Shown in pieces: positions 51,362-63,092 of a DNA stretch of 64,000 nt; position 1 is the first letter of the stretch; each line of letters starts with the position of its first letter. A program made the position numbers and the translations under genes. Below the pieces are notes generated by a model that saw only the letters and a program-made list of their open reading frames with translations, had not been told where the DNA came from and ran no database searches. The stretch is from assembly GCA_965153285.1 (NCBI GenBank), contig OZ229115.1; one strand, 5' to 3'. Source of the DNA: Podarcis tiliguerta (taxonomy: Eukaryota).

Positions 51362-51852
51362 TAATGGCTTTATGATATCAGCACTTTTATTTCCTAATGA
51401 TCCACAACATAGAACTGACCTTTTTCACAGCAGTATCCTCTTGACCAAGCCTATCACACCTAAAATTAGGGCAGTAATGTGTTAGCATGTGTTGTTTTTC
51501 TTATATGCCTGATTTTATGCTTGTTTTTGTTTTCCTAAATGCACATTTCCTTTCGTTTAAGAATATACTTATCTTGAGGATTCAAGAGTTTAGGCTTAAA
51601 CCCCCATAATAGCTTTAGATAAAATGTTTAGATATGCATTTCGGTGTCCCATAGATTAAGATCCCAGAGACTTAATAGCAGTCTCAAGTCTATTTGCTTA
51701 TTCAGCTAGTATGTATCCACAAGGTATGCTTGCTTACCTAGATCAAAATCTGTGGCAAAATGAAGAAAGCAACTCCAAGTTTAGGCGCCTGTGTGAAAGC
51801 TGGTTATGCTGTTCTTATGGCTCGTAATTCCAGGGCTGTGTCTGAGTTATTA

Positions 51853-53590
51853 TTTTTTAGTTTGTTTTTGTTAAAGATTTTCTTGGTTTACAAAAGTAAA
51901 AAATGCCTTGTCTTTTTCAGGTTGTACAGTCTTTCTTACAAGTCAGTTACATTTGCTGTGAGACATTAGTGTTGAGTACGGTATAAGCTTGGGGAAGAAG
52001 GGGGGGGGAGAGGAGGGGTGGTGTGGTGAGGCTTATATTCTTTTGTATAGTGTACTTGTGGGGTTCTTTGTCAGCGTCAACTGGGTAGGGTCTCTTTCTA
52101 TTCGTTATTACATTTCCTTGGTAGTGAGATGTATTGGGGAGCAGGGTGTGGTTGGCTGCCTCAATGGGGTTTGTTTGCATTGGGGGGGGGGCGCTTGTTG
52201 GGTCAGGTAAGCCAGGTTGATTCGTACGTATGCTGTCAGTGAATTCTTGTCATTGTCTTGTTGGGCTGTGATAAATTGGAACTATACTGGGGTGAATGTG
52301 TTTTCTTCTATTTTTCCCGTGTCAGTTTATTGGTTAGCTTTTCTAGCAAAGCCGTTTCCCATACAATTTGATACCATTGGTTCATGTTTACTCCTGACAG
52401 GTCTCTCCAGTGTCTGGCTATGAGGCTTCTGGCTGCTGAGAGTAGGTGGCTTATAAGATCTCTATAATGTGAGTGGTCATTATGGTCTTGGAAGATGTTC
52501 AGTAGGGCCAGTTCTGGGGTGAGTTCTAACACTTTAGTTATTTTGTATCTCTTGTAGGACTGCTGTCCAGAAGGGTTGGATTATAGGGCATTTCCACCAT
52601 GTGTGGAGGTATGTGCCTGTGGAGGTACACTCTCTCAAACATCTTGGTGAGGTTCCTGGGCATATCAGCTTCAGTTTCCGTGGTGTTAAGTACCACCTGT
52701 AGGTGAGTTTCAGAGTGAGTTCCTTTTTTTGGCTGATATGGACTTAAAGGGAGGTATAGACCACATTCTAGTCCATTGGGTGGGGTTAATTTCATAGCCT
52801 ATATGATGCTCCCATTGTTCTTTGATTGCATCAGTGTTGTGGGGATTTTCTTTAGTTTGTTTTGGAGAAATGGGTGTGCTGTTGTGGGGATATTTTCGAT
52901 GGTGTCCCCATGAATTTTTGTTCCTCTGCAGTTATGGTTGGCATGGTCAGCCCTGTTAGGAATCTTCTGATTTCCTGTTCAGGTGGGTTGCGGGAGGTGT
53001 ATAGGTTGGCATAGAATTCTGAGGTTATTTCTTTAGTGGAGGATGTTAACGCTACTGTCTTTTATAGTGACACAGTGTATACTTGTTTTGAGTGACACCC
53101 CCCCCCCGCATCTGTTTGCTAATAGTCTGTAGTTCTTCCCTCCATATTCGTAAAAGCATTGTTTAGGGTATAGGATGTTAATCACTGTTTTAGTGATTTC
53201 TGGAGAGTCAATTTCCCTTCTTTTTTGTTCTATGGATTTAAGGAGGGTTTTTTTTGGCTCCTGTTTGTTTGTAGTGTGATGACAAGGTTGAAATGTCTTG
53301 TTCTAATTTACCAATTTTTGAGGAAGTTTGTTTTTTAAGGGATGTCCTCTCCTTTATGTAAGCTCCTCTGATGACCACTTTCATTGTGTCCCAGAGAAGG
53401 GGGGCTGCAATCTCGTCCACATTGTTGTCCTTAAAGTAGTTTTGGAGAGTTTTCAAGAGACTCTCTAGGTAGTTTGTTTGTGGTTAGGATGGGGCTGAAG
53501 GACCATGATTGGGTAGTTTATGCTTCCTCTCCTATTATGAGGGTTGCTTCTACTGGGGCAGAGTCTGTGATTTTAATGTTCTGTGTCTGA
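51853..53590 (-). mobile_element. L1-clade LINE remnant, internally deleted
   Basis: Minus-strand peptides LLWDTMKVVIRG (post-endonuclease), a Cys/His-like region and HLLSAARSLIARHW (ORF2 C-terminus); T-rich tail at the left end. Confidence 0.8.
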
Positions 53591-53849
53591 GTTCTAAGAA
53601 GCATGCTAGTTCAGTCTGATGAATCCTTGTCCTGTGACAGCCATACAGAGAGGATGGGAGTACAACTCATTGAAAGAGACTAGGAGTCCTGGAAATAAAA
53701 TGACTGACATCCCCAACCAAATTCTGTTACCTGATCCTTGTGCCAGTGTCCCAACCAAGCTTTGTTTAGTGCAGCAATGCCCAGTTGCAGGCATCAAGCC
53801 CGTCTGGTCACAGGAAAATGCAAGTCTCACCCAATTTCTGTTTCCTTAG

Positions 53850-53936
53850 GCCATTATTCTCCAGAACTGCTAATCTGGAATCCTTCTGTAATAAACTGAA
53901 TATTGCCCATATCAGTGAGGTAGCCTCTCAACTTCG
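53850..53936 (+). CDS. CCDC24: CCDC24 coding exon 4
   Basis: PLFSRTANLESFCNKLNIAHISEVASQL; acceptor TTCCTTAG, donor GTAAGT. Confidence 0.85.
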
Positions 53937-54921
53937 GTAAGTTTTTGCTCTATTAGGTTTTTTATTTGCACAAATATTGTAAGAGGGAAGAAGGCACAAG
54001 AGGGTTACAGGTATCCGTTGCAGGTGTCTGGAAGGCAGATATAACAGAAGACCTTGTGCCTGAGAACAGTAAACTCACTGCAGAGACAGAAGGGAAGCTG
54101 AGGATGGCATTGTGTGAAAATGTGTGCAGATGGACCCAAACAGCTTGTATTCTACCTTCTAACTCTCCCCATCAGCTGTCTCCCAGTCTGGCCTCTATAC
54201 CACAATCATGAAGACAAGGAGGGGCAAGAGTCTCTTTCCAAACTTCCTCTGGGTACAGATATAATTTCTATGGCACATTTTGCTCTGTGTAATTGCAAGG
54301 AGTGAAGCAGATCAAACAACAGTTGTGGCAGAACTTGGTGGGAAGGGCATAGCATAAAAAGGTGGGAACCTCAAGAGAAGGTCAAGAAGCAACACAGGAG
54401 TGTGGTGTCTAAGCCATACATAGTCTTGGCTCCCAGTGCAGTCTCCAGTGGGGAACACACAAAGGGCTTTGTAAAGATTCTTCCATCTTGTGCCACTGGG
54501 CATCCTGCATATTCCAGGCAGTATGTATAGTTATTGAAGAGAGCTTGCTATAGTCCACCCCCAGAAATGCCAGAAAGTGTTCACCAGCCAGGAACTTGGG
54601 GAACTCTGAACAAGGAGAGCAGCAGAGTACAAAACAAGGTTTAGAAACACTGTCGGCATTAGAGATACTTGTGCCTAGTTACGAACTGCTTCAAAGAAGT
54701 GTGGTTTTCTCTTCTCATCCCTAGCAACATGAGCTGCCATTGCAAGCAGATTGTGGCTATCCTCACATCTAACTTTCATTTGAATTGCCAGCCCCTACAT
54801 TGGGAACGTAAACAAAAAGTAAGGAAGATGTGGAGACACCAAGTCTGCAATGCTGGCAATTGCTTTCTGTCCCAAATGTGTCACCTCCTTTGGCTCTCAC
54901 TGGCTGTACTATTTTTCCTAG

Positions 54922-54976
54922 AACCTTGCTAGAGGATGAGTGCTCTGATCTGGAAAGATACATCCCCTATTTACAG
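54922..54976 (+). CDS. CCDC24: CCDC24 coding exon 5
   Basis: TLLEDECSDLERYIPYLQ; donor GTAAGG. Confidence 0.9.
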
Positions 54977-55829
54977 GTAAGGGCTGAACCCTTCTCATCT
55001 CAAGGAGGGTCTCTAGAGTTCCTCCTAAGCAGTGTTTCTCCCATGCGCTTCCAAGCATTTGCTTCAAGTTTTGGCCAATAGGTCTGTGAGACTGGTTTGT
55101 GTTGCAGCTTGGGTGGAGCATCTGCGGCAACATTTCCTCAGCCCTTCTAGACTATTGTGTAATAACAGAGGCAAGGCGCTGTGGGATCTGACCAAAGCCC
55201 CATCTAGTCTAGCACCCTGTTCTCACAGATGCTTATAGAAAACTTGCATGCAGGATATCCCCATGGCACGTCATCTAAGTTGACACCCATCCCTATATCT
55301 CATGGGGCAAATTCCATAGTTACATTTGTTTGTCCTGAATGTTGCAACCATCTTCTTCATTGGATGGACCCAAGTTCTAGTATTACTGCTCTCATGTCTT
55401 CCCTCCTGCCCACATAGGAGCTTGGTCTCAGAGCTGTATATACAAAGCTGTTCCCATGGCTATGGCAGCCTGGGTTAGAACAGAGTGTGGGCAGGCCTTG
55501 GGTCAGAACTCTTGAGAGGAGTGACAAGGGTGTTTGGCTTTCATACCAGTTCTACAACTGCCCAAATAGCTAGCTTTTTTGTCTCCTTCCCAAATCTGGG
55601 GGACAGGGAGGGGCCGAGGAAAGATGTGAGTGGCAGGAAAACTGTTATGATGGTTTGGATGTGAAAACACCATCACATTGGGCTGCAGGACTGCTGCAAG
55701 AGTACTTCCTGTCACCAGTGTCTGATGATTATTATTAATTATTAAAACACACCTTTGCAGCAGTACACCCATAGTGCTGAGAGCTGCCAAGTCAATCACA
55801 GTGACTTGTGACTGCGGAATCAGGGTCAA

Positions 55830-55980
55830 AACAATAGTTGAACTGCAGTTGGCATGATCATCTAGTCCCAATGATCATCTACTCCAACCTCCAACAATGT
55901 AGGCTATCCACTGCTAGAGCATCCCTGAGAAGTGGCCATTTAGCCTCTGCTTAAAAACCTCTAGCAAATGAGAGCCTATT
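55830..55980 (-). mobile_element. Decayed CR1 3' fragment
   Basis: TCATCTACTCCAACC...AGCCTCTGCTTAAAAACCTC motifs. Confidence 0.5.
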
Positions 55981-56269
55981 AAGTCAGCCCACTAAGTTTC
56001 TAAGCAACCTGACAGACTGTTTTCCAGAAGAATATGAAATGAGCATCTTCAGCTGAAGGGACTGGATACGCTGGTGCCTATCCATTAGCTTTCTGCAGTT
56101 ACTGGGGCAACTAGAAGGCTGGGAGGAAAAGTAAAGTATTTAATACGGGAAGACATTCCAACATGAGGAAAACCTGTAACACGTACATCTTTAAGAGAAA
56201 TGGTATAGTTAAAGGAGCAGCTTCTTTCTTCTGCGTTGTGTTTCCTATAGCATTTTTCATGTTCTACAG

Positions 56270-56339
56270 TGCCAACTGGAGGAGGCGCATCACCATGCTA
56301 CAGAGCTGCTAGAGGCAACACATGAGCCCACCATGGCTG
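56270..56339 (+). CDS. CCDC24: CCDC24 coding exon 6
   Basis: CQLEEAHHHATELLEATHEPTMA; donor GTATGC. Confidence 0.88.
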
Positions 56340-56547
56340 GTATGCAGAACCCGAGTCTCGGATACGGCCAGGCTGGGAACTGGGGAAGGGATGCAGCATC
56401 ATGGTGCCTATAGCCATCATCTTTAGGCAGGTGTTGCCAAGGAATGGTGTTTGCAGTGGGCATGGTCTCTTTGTGAGTGCCAGCCCCAATGCTCTTCATG
56501 ATTGTTGCTTCCCCCAATCCCCATGAAATAGGGTCTTCTCTCCACAG

Positions 56548-56668
56548 AATTGCAAGAGGAGAAGCGCGCCATGGAACGGGATTTGCAGCTAAGCCAGCCT
56601 AAGCCAGGCACCAGCCCTTCCCTGATGTCAAAACATCTTGGGAGTAGCAGCTACCAACCGCAATTCAG
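56548..56668 (+). CDS. CCDC24: CCDC24 coding exon 7
   Basis: ELQEEKRAMERDLQLSQPK...; donor GTGAGC. Confidence 0.88.
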
Positions 56669-57057
56669 GTGAGCCTGCAAGCACCAAAGCTATGATACCA
56701 TGAAGCTGCATAATATTATAACTGAGGGGTAGCTGTCAAACTGGCGCCTGCAGCAGAGAGGTGCAAGCATAGTTCAGGTTTGGTTTATTATTCTATGGCA
56801 GGGGTCACCAACGCAGTGCCCTCCAAGTGGGGCTGTTGGGAGTCTAACATCTAGAGGGGGCATCTTGCTGGCTCTTTGTGCTGTATGGTCTCTAGCATAC
56901 CTGCCATATTTTAAGTAAAAATTCTGGAGTTTGTTCTGTGCAGGACCCATTAGTTCTGCTATAGTGACTAAGGCTTTTCTGTCCTTGATGCTTTACATGG
57001 AAAGATGCTTGGGCAACACCTCCTGCTTCTTGGTAACCCCTTCCTTTCCTTTCACAG

Positions 57058-57427
57058 TGGCTTAAGAGGCTCAGCAAAAGGACCAAGCTTTGGAGAGATC
57101 AGTCCGGCTTCTTCACCAACTCTCAGAGACCAGACTTCTCATTTATGCCATCAGGCACTACCCCGGCGGGGCCACTCAGCACGAGGGTCCTATGGATGGC
57201 CGCAGCGAGATGGTGAGGAACCCAACCAAGCCAGGAAGGACAATGATGTTCTGTTGCCCAGACCTGTGCTGCCAGTGCCTCTGAAAGGGGGCAGGATTGC
57301 TTCAGCCTGTGGGCTGGCAGTAGCAGGGTTGGACCATGTCTTCCACCCCACGCCTCCTACAGAGCCATGCCCAGTGCCCCGCTTCTGCCCTCGCACTCGG
57401 CTGCTGCGATGCAAAGGACCCAGCTAG
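57058..57427 (+). CDS. CCDC24: CCDC24 last coding exon (Pro-rich tail)
   Basis: Acceptor CCTTTCACAG; open frame to TAG, ending HPTPPTEPCPVPRFCPRTRLLRCKGPS. Confidence 0.8.
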
Positions 57428-57790
57428 GGAATGGAGAGCTGCCGCCTTCCCTTGAGCTGCAGAGTCTTCAAGGGACCCAGCCCTGCAGCACCCTGTGCCT
57501 CAAGAGTTGCTGCTGTTGCCTTTTGCTCATCCTTGTGAACAGGGTCAATGAGATTCCAGGGAAAGCGAAAAGGCAAAGAAATGCATACACACAACCTCCC
57601 CCAACCCACGAATGCAGATAAACTACTTGCAAGTGGGACTCATGCCAGTGAGATGCTTCTTCTCCTTCTTGTCCACAACACAGAGCAGTCGGCCTTGTGG
57701 CAGTGAGGCTGTGAACCCAACCCACACCTTCCCCATTCCTCCACGCACACCAAAGAACTGTACCACCCAAGGTTCAGGAATATAAATTTC

Positions 57791-57796
57791 ATTAAA
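57791..57796 (+). terminator. Candidate CCDC24 polyadenylation signal (ATTAAA)
   Basis: First variant hexamer about 360 nt after the stop; a second ATTAAA at 57935-57940. Confidence 0.5.
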
Positions 57797-59942
57797 ATCT
57801 ATCAGACTTTAAAAATCTACAACTGGAAGAGTCACAGTATGGGAGACGCGTCACAATTATTGCTATGAACAATGAGGCGGCAATGCTAGCTGCCGCCTTG
57901 GACACAGGAGGAAAGGACAGACACGGAACCATGCATTAAATAGTGCAGCCTCGGCGCAGAGGAGGGAAGGTCTGGGGGCTGGCGGCTTAGGGCAAAAGTA
58001 CCATCATGGCATGGAGCCATCTGTCCCCCCTCTCCCTCTTAACTGCTCACGATGCAGACGTTTGGCACTTGAACACTGGCTGCTATGCCCATGCCACTGG
58101 CTGGAGCAGGTACCATGTGGGTAGGAGCCAGGTGTGCCCTTGCTGTTGGCACCATGGCTACACCGCAGCAATCGTGCACGGCTGGGAGCTGAGGGGCGCC
58201 CCCGACATGCACTGTTTGGCATTGGTTAAGTGAATTGGCATCGGGGTACAAGACAGGATTGTGGCTGCCGGGGTCTCCTGTCTCCTCCACCCAGGCGTTT
58301 CTAGGGGGTAAAGTGCAGGCAGCAACACTGACATGGAAACACGGGACGGTGAGGCCGAAAGACGGAACCATTAGTACCTCCTACCCATCCGAGGCAGCAC
58401 AGGCCCTGCTTTGTGTTAGGGAGAAAAGCGTTGGAGCTGGAGACGGGGCTGGTGCCTATGGCCAACTTCTCCAAAGCTTCACCATGAAGCTAGCAGCTTC
58501 TGCCCCCACCACTAGTGGAGAAGTGGGCCACATGGAACCCAGGCCTGGCCAGGATAGCCTTTAGGGAAGCTTGTGCTTTTGCTCTGTGTGTGTGTGTCTT
58601 TCCCACCTGCAATGGTGTGGGCAGGACTTGGCACATCATCTGCTCTTAGCACCATGGTTGCTCTGTCCCTTTCCCTGTGGGATAGGGCAGAGCTAGGTCC
58701 CAATGGTCTCTTACCTTTGTGGAGACCCCATTCAAATTAATTTATTCCTCTTAGGGGAAGAGTGTAGAAAAGTGCTCCAGAATAACAGGCTTGGGGGAGC
58801 ATCGGGAAGATGCTGTCTAGACCAAGAATGCACACCTGGGCAAAATCTGTCCAGTGGGCTGCATGTGCTGCCCAGAGTCTGTGGCGCTGCCCAAGATGTC
58901 TATCATGGTAATACGGTGCATCCAGCCTCTCAGCTGTCACTTTTTCTATTTGTGAGAGATGCTGTTTGCTTATGTTTCACTATGCAGGTGTGCGATTCTG
59001 GATGGTGTGCAAATAAGGCTCAATATTAAGATCAGGAGGGAGACAAGTGCATATTTTTGTTCATGGAGTTGTGATCCTCCCATGCTCTTGCAACCCAATT
59101 AAGGAGAGCTCTCCTGCCCGCTACCCACCCACCCCAATCATTAACCTGCCAAATTCAATACATAGTTTCTAGCAGGAACGTTTCTTCTCATGGGAGGCCA
59201 TGGCGAGAAGTGCAAATTGTTAAGTGCTGGGGAAGCTAGCTTTCCTTTCCTAGGTGGGGAAGCTGGGAAGGTCTGTGCAGTGGTTGGGGGGGGGGAGGTG
59301 CAGTCTTAAGTGCATCTCTGGAAAAGCCCTCGCAGGGGCAACAGCCTAGCTGAAGGCTGCCTAGCCTGTGGCCAAGCGATGCCTAGAATGTCAGGATTAA
59401 CATTTACAATTACAACCAACCCTCTTGCCCTCCCCCTCCCCCCACCCCAACCCCCCATTTGCTTATCTGTGGGGCCAGTCCCCAGGGCCCTGATCCAGGG
59501 CAGTATGGGGCATACTACCCCCAATAGATACCAGACCCCCTGGGCCCAGGTGCAGCTGCCAGAATCCACCCCCAAAGGGGTTGCTGAGCCAGCGAGGCTC
59601 CAACTGACCCTCCTCCTGGTGCCCTTTCCCAGGGCACCCCCAACGGTTCAGCCAGTGCACACCCTCCCCACCCCTGACCCTGGTCCTGGTTGCGAATTGG
59701 GGCCATCCGAACGTGACTGTAAACATGAGGGTTACAAGATGGCACGGGGGCACTAATGAGGTGGGTGGGGTTGGAACTCACAGCCCCTCCCCCAGAGTCC
59801 GGCGCAGCCCGGGAGCCAGGGCTCCCCCACCCAGTGGGGGGGCGCTGTCATATATCTGAGCAGAGTAGGGTTTGGAGAACCAGGGCAGGTGGGAGAGGGG
59901 AGGTGCAAGGAGGGCTCCCTGCCCTGCCTCCCAGGCTCATGT

Positions 59943-60161
59943 TCAGATCTTGGAGTCCTGGCTGTGGGTAGAGCCGTTGGTTCCCACGGTGATGGCAACA
60001 GCCACGCCAGCCTCGTCGCTCTTGGGCTTCTCGGGGTTCAGCAGCTGCACCTCCAGCTGGGACTCCGTGGAGGAGCTGAGTACGGGCGCATAGCGGCCTT
60101 TCCGGTGCTCCATAAGGGCTGGGCCCCACTCGCGGCTGGGACGGGTAGCGTTTTTCAAACG
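59943..60161 (-). CDS. SLC6A9: SLC6A9 last coding exon ([20 protein letters not shown]...QDSKI*)
   Basis: Acceptor CCCTGCAG; TGA stop; C-terminal PDZ-type motif. Confidence 0.97.
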   Translation of the reverse strand, partial: RLKNATRPSREWGPALMEHRKGRYAPVLSSSTESQLEVQLLNPEKPKSDEAGVAVAITVGTNGSTHSQDSKI

Positions 60162-60268
60162 CTGCAGGGAGACAGGAGGCAAGGGAGTGGGTTAGTGGTT
60201 TCAGAGCCCTTGGCCATTGGGATCCAAGGCAGGGGGCGCTCGGCTAGCCTGCTCACGGACAGCCTCAC

Positions 60269-60439
60269 CTGCATCAGCGAGTCCCCTTCTGAGCGCAACA
60301 CGCAGAACACGGCATAGATAGGGATGCAGACGACCGACGAGAGCGCCATAAGGAAACCGATGGAGATGGCCCAGGTGGGGTACACATAGGTATTGTAGGA
60401 GATCGGTCGGTACTGGATCACTGTGAACACGAGGATGAA
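60269..60439 (-). CDS. SLC6A9: SLC6A9 penultimate exon ([13 protein letters not shown]...EGDSLMQ)
   Basis: 171 nt; donor GTGAGG. Confidence 0.97.
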
Positions 60440-60798
60440 CTGAGGAGAGAGGGGAAAGAAGACTGAGTGATACAAAGCCCAAGGGGAGCAAGAGGGGGGG
60501 GGGGGGATGGCATCAGGCAACTGCCCTAATTCCACACCCTCCTGTCCTCCTTCATACTGGTTACGCTTATGCCCAATGTTACACTCACTGCATCTTTGGG
60601 AACCCCTCTTGCCTCTGCAGATGTGGTTCTTCCTCGTTGGTATTTCCCTTGTCTTCTTCCTTGGCACTGTTCTCTCCTGTACTGGTGCGCTACCTAACGT
60701 CTCCCCCCTCCCCCAACTCATATACGAGTGGCTGTTCACAGTCCTCTCCCTCCCATTCCAGCCCCCTCTCACTGGGAGTGTTCTCGTCACACACTCAC

Positions 60799-60899
60799 AA
60801 ATATGATAACAGGAGAGATGAATCTCCAGCAGATTTGGAAGAACATGGGTGGTGGGAAGCCCAGCATCATCTCAATGTCCTTGAAGTAGTTCCGGTGCC
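60799..60899 (-). CDS. SLC6A9: SLC6A9 exon ([34 protein letters not shown])
   Basis: 101 nt; donor GTGAGT. Confidence 0.97.
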
Positions 60900-62259
60900 C
60901 TGTGTGAAGCAGAGGCAAAGGGTGGTCAGAGGAGTGGCATGAACCAGGGATGTTGTAACTAGGCACTAGGGCCTGTTGGAGGTTTCCATGGGCCCTGTTG
61001 TGTGTAGCAGGGTGTCTGCGGGACTCCACATTGTAGATTGTGCACTCTCTCCCAGCGTGATGGGTCTCTCTTCCCACCCCACATCATGATTCCACAGATT
61101 TCCCCTGCTTTGACAGAGGAAGCAGAGCACCAGATAGTCAGAGTTTGCCCCAGAGGTTTCAACTGCTTCATGGGAAAGGACCTGGATGAGACAACGGAGC
61201 TGAACCCTTGCACACAGCCAGTTCCAGGGTTGTGTTTCTTTTGTGGGGTGGGGTGGGAACTGGGCCCTCTAGTGGGCCAACTTCCACAGACAGCTAGGAG
61301 ACACCCTTGTACTTTCCCACAATGCCCTTGGGTGCCTGGTGTAGCTCTAGGGCACTGTGGGAAATGCAAAGACTTTCCCAGCTGGATAAATAGCTGTTTA
61401 CAAGAGTGTCCACTCCTTAGGGTTTTAATTGTATTTATTGTTATTGTGTTTTTAATTGCTTTTAATTATTTTATGTGTACATTGCCTTAAGACCACTGGT
61501 TTAAGAAGGTGATCAATAAATTGTGGTGATGGGAGTGGTGGTGGTGATGATATAGTGCTACCTGCAGTCCCAGCTGAAAGGCACAGAGGATCCAGAGCAG
61601 CTATCAGCATTGGTGGGCCAAGAAATAATACTGAGGCCTCAGCAGTTGTCCAAGATTCCAGATGCTGACACCAGGCCTGCTCTTGCACAGTTTATTTTCC
61701 TAGCAACAAGCATTTCTCTCACTGGCGAATGGGAGATCAGCCCGGCATCTTGGACCTCAGCAAGTGCCTCACCAAACTGACCATTGGTACAAGCCTTGTT
61801 GGACATGTTATCTTCAACAGAATCCATATCGCCCTGCCTGAGTGACGTTACTCCTAATTGGATTTGGAGACTAGCGAAAACATTGCCTTCATCATTAGTC
61901 TGGAGAAACTGATCTATGGTGAAGGTTTCACAAGCCAAGAATGAGCAGAGAGTTTGCTGATTTCCCTCCCAGAGGTACCACAGTCCCTTTTTCTTGTTGA
62001 ATATAATTTATTCAATTTCCCTAACAATTCTAGGGTTCCTATCTGTCAGCCACACTGCAGACAGAAGAAAGATGTCTTGGTAGTCTTGACTACCAGTGAA
62101 AGGTTTTGTTGGACTGTGGAATACTCTGCCCAATTCTGATTGGGAATGTCAATCGCTGCCCAGCTTATTCCTGACATCTAAAAAGGACAAAGTGCAAATG
62201 GCCCACATCTTGACTAGCTACCCCAGAAGAAGCTTCCAGGCAACTCTCAGGATACTTAC

Positions 62260-62359
62260 CATAGATGTACATGATAGAGACACACATGATGCACGAAATA
62301 ACGACAAGTGAAAAGCTTGCTGCATAGTTGTCCATTAACAACAGCCAATAGATGCCAGC
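62260..62359 (-). CDS. SLC6A9: SLC6A9 exon ([33 protein letters not shown])
   Basis: 100 nt; donor GTAAGT. Confidence 0.97.
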
Positions 62360-62466
62360 CTGGAGAATGGAGGGAAGGAAAGCTGTCAGTATGGGCAAGA
62401 CCTATTGCCTTCAGCTCAGTAAGGACTGACTCCCCTACGAATGCCCCCTCTCCCTGTGCCCCATAC

Positions 62467-62601
62467 CTGTGTAGTGAGTGGAACCCCTAGAAGAAAGCCC
62501 ACTACAGCCACACCTAGAGTCACAAAGGTTTTCCGACGGATGATCCACTCATTTCCTATTTCATCCACAATGGCTGTGACGAGAGTCTCCAGGAGGCAGA
62601 A
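62467..62601 (-). CDS. SLC6A9: SLC6A9 exon ([21 protein letters not shown]...GVPLTTQ)
   Basis: 135 nt; acceptor CCTTAG, donor GTATGG; not in the ORF track. Confidence 0.96.
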
Positions 62602-62949
62602 CTAAGGAGAGAATTGACCAAGGAGAAACAGGACGTGAGGAATGTTGAGATGGCTCCAACCTCTCCATCCACCCCCTTTAGCAACAGGGCCTGCTGCCTT
62701 CCTCCTCCACCTGAACCAGTTCTAATACACTTTCAGGGTGAGGATCTGGACTGTTTGAGATGTGGCCCACAGCCTGTGATCAAAGATGCTTTCTTTGGGC
62801 ACAAATAACATTTTATATAACACCATTCTTATCTGTTCTTATTTTATCTGTAAGCCACAGTGAGTCCCTGTCAGGGTAAAAGCTGTGATATAAAATAATA
62901 ATAATAATGGTTTTTTATTTGAAAAATGATGTAACTTTTTTGTCTGCAG

Positions 62950-63092
62950 TAGGGATAGCCAAAGAGATGCCTTTCAGATGTTGTTAGATTACAATTTTTA
63001 CCATCGTTGACCATTGGCCATGTCAGATGGGGCGGATGGGAAATTTGTAGTCCAAAACATCTGGATGCAACCAGCTTGGCTACCTATCCCTA
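62950..63092. mobile_element. Degenerate hAT MITE (family of 617-752)
   Basis: CAGATGTTG...TTACAATT...TGTAGTCCAAAACATCTGG palindromic remnants; similar remnants near 31550-31650 and 39255-39380. Confidence 0.6.

Larger units (their letters stand above)
50237..51430 (-). mobile_element. CR1 LINE 3' fragment carrying nested insertions
   Basis: GCTGGATCAATCCAAAGGCCCATCTA...CATCCTG tail and CCTTTTTGAGGTGAGG...GTATTCCAAGTGTGG body, typical of CR1 in reverse; boundaries approximate. Confidence 0.75.
45640..57427 (+). other. CCDC24: Gene model: coiled-coil domain-containing protein 24 (383 aa), 8 coding exons
   Basis: join(45640-45795,47549-47733,49489-49596,53850-53936,54922-54976,56270-56339,56548-56668,57058-57427) = 1152 nt in frame; motifs PSLW.MVEE, SLELHAEV, LLAAPP.LKELVREE, YSP.V..FAL, LLEDEC..LER, EPTMAELQEEKRAME match CCDC24; syntenic position. 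Confidence 0.9.

Noticed and set aside
61639-61938. 99-aa ORF in an SLC6A9 intron
   Set aside because: Not needed for the GlyT1 frame; the opposite strand weakly resembles a decayed RTE LINE end, too degraded to call.
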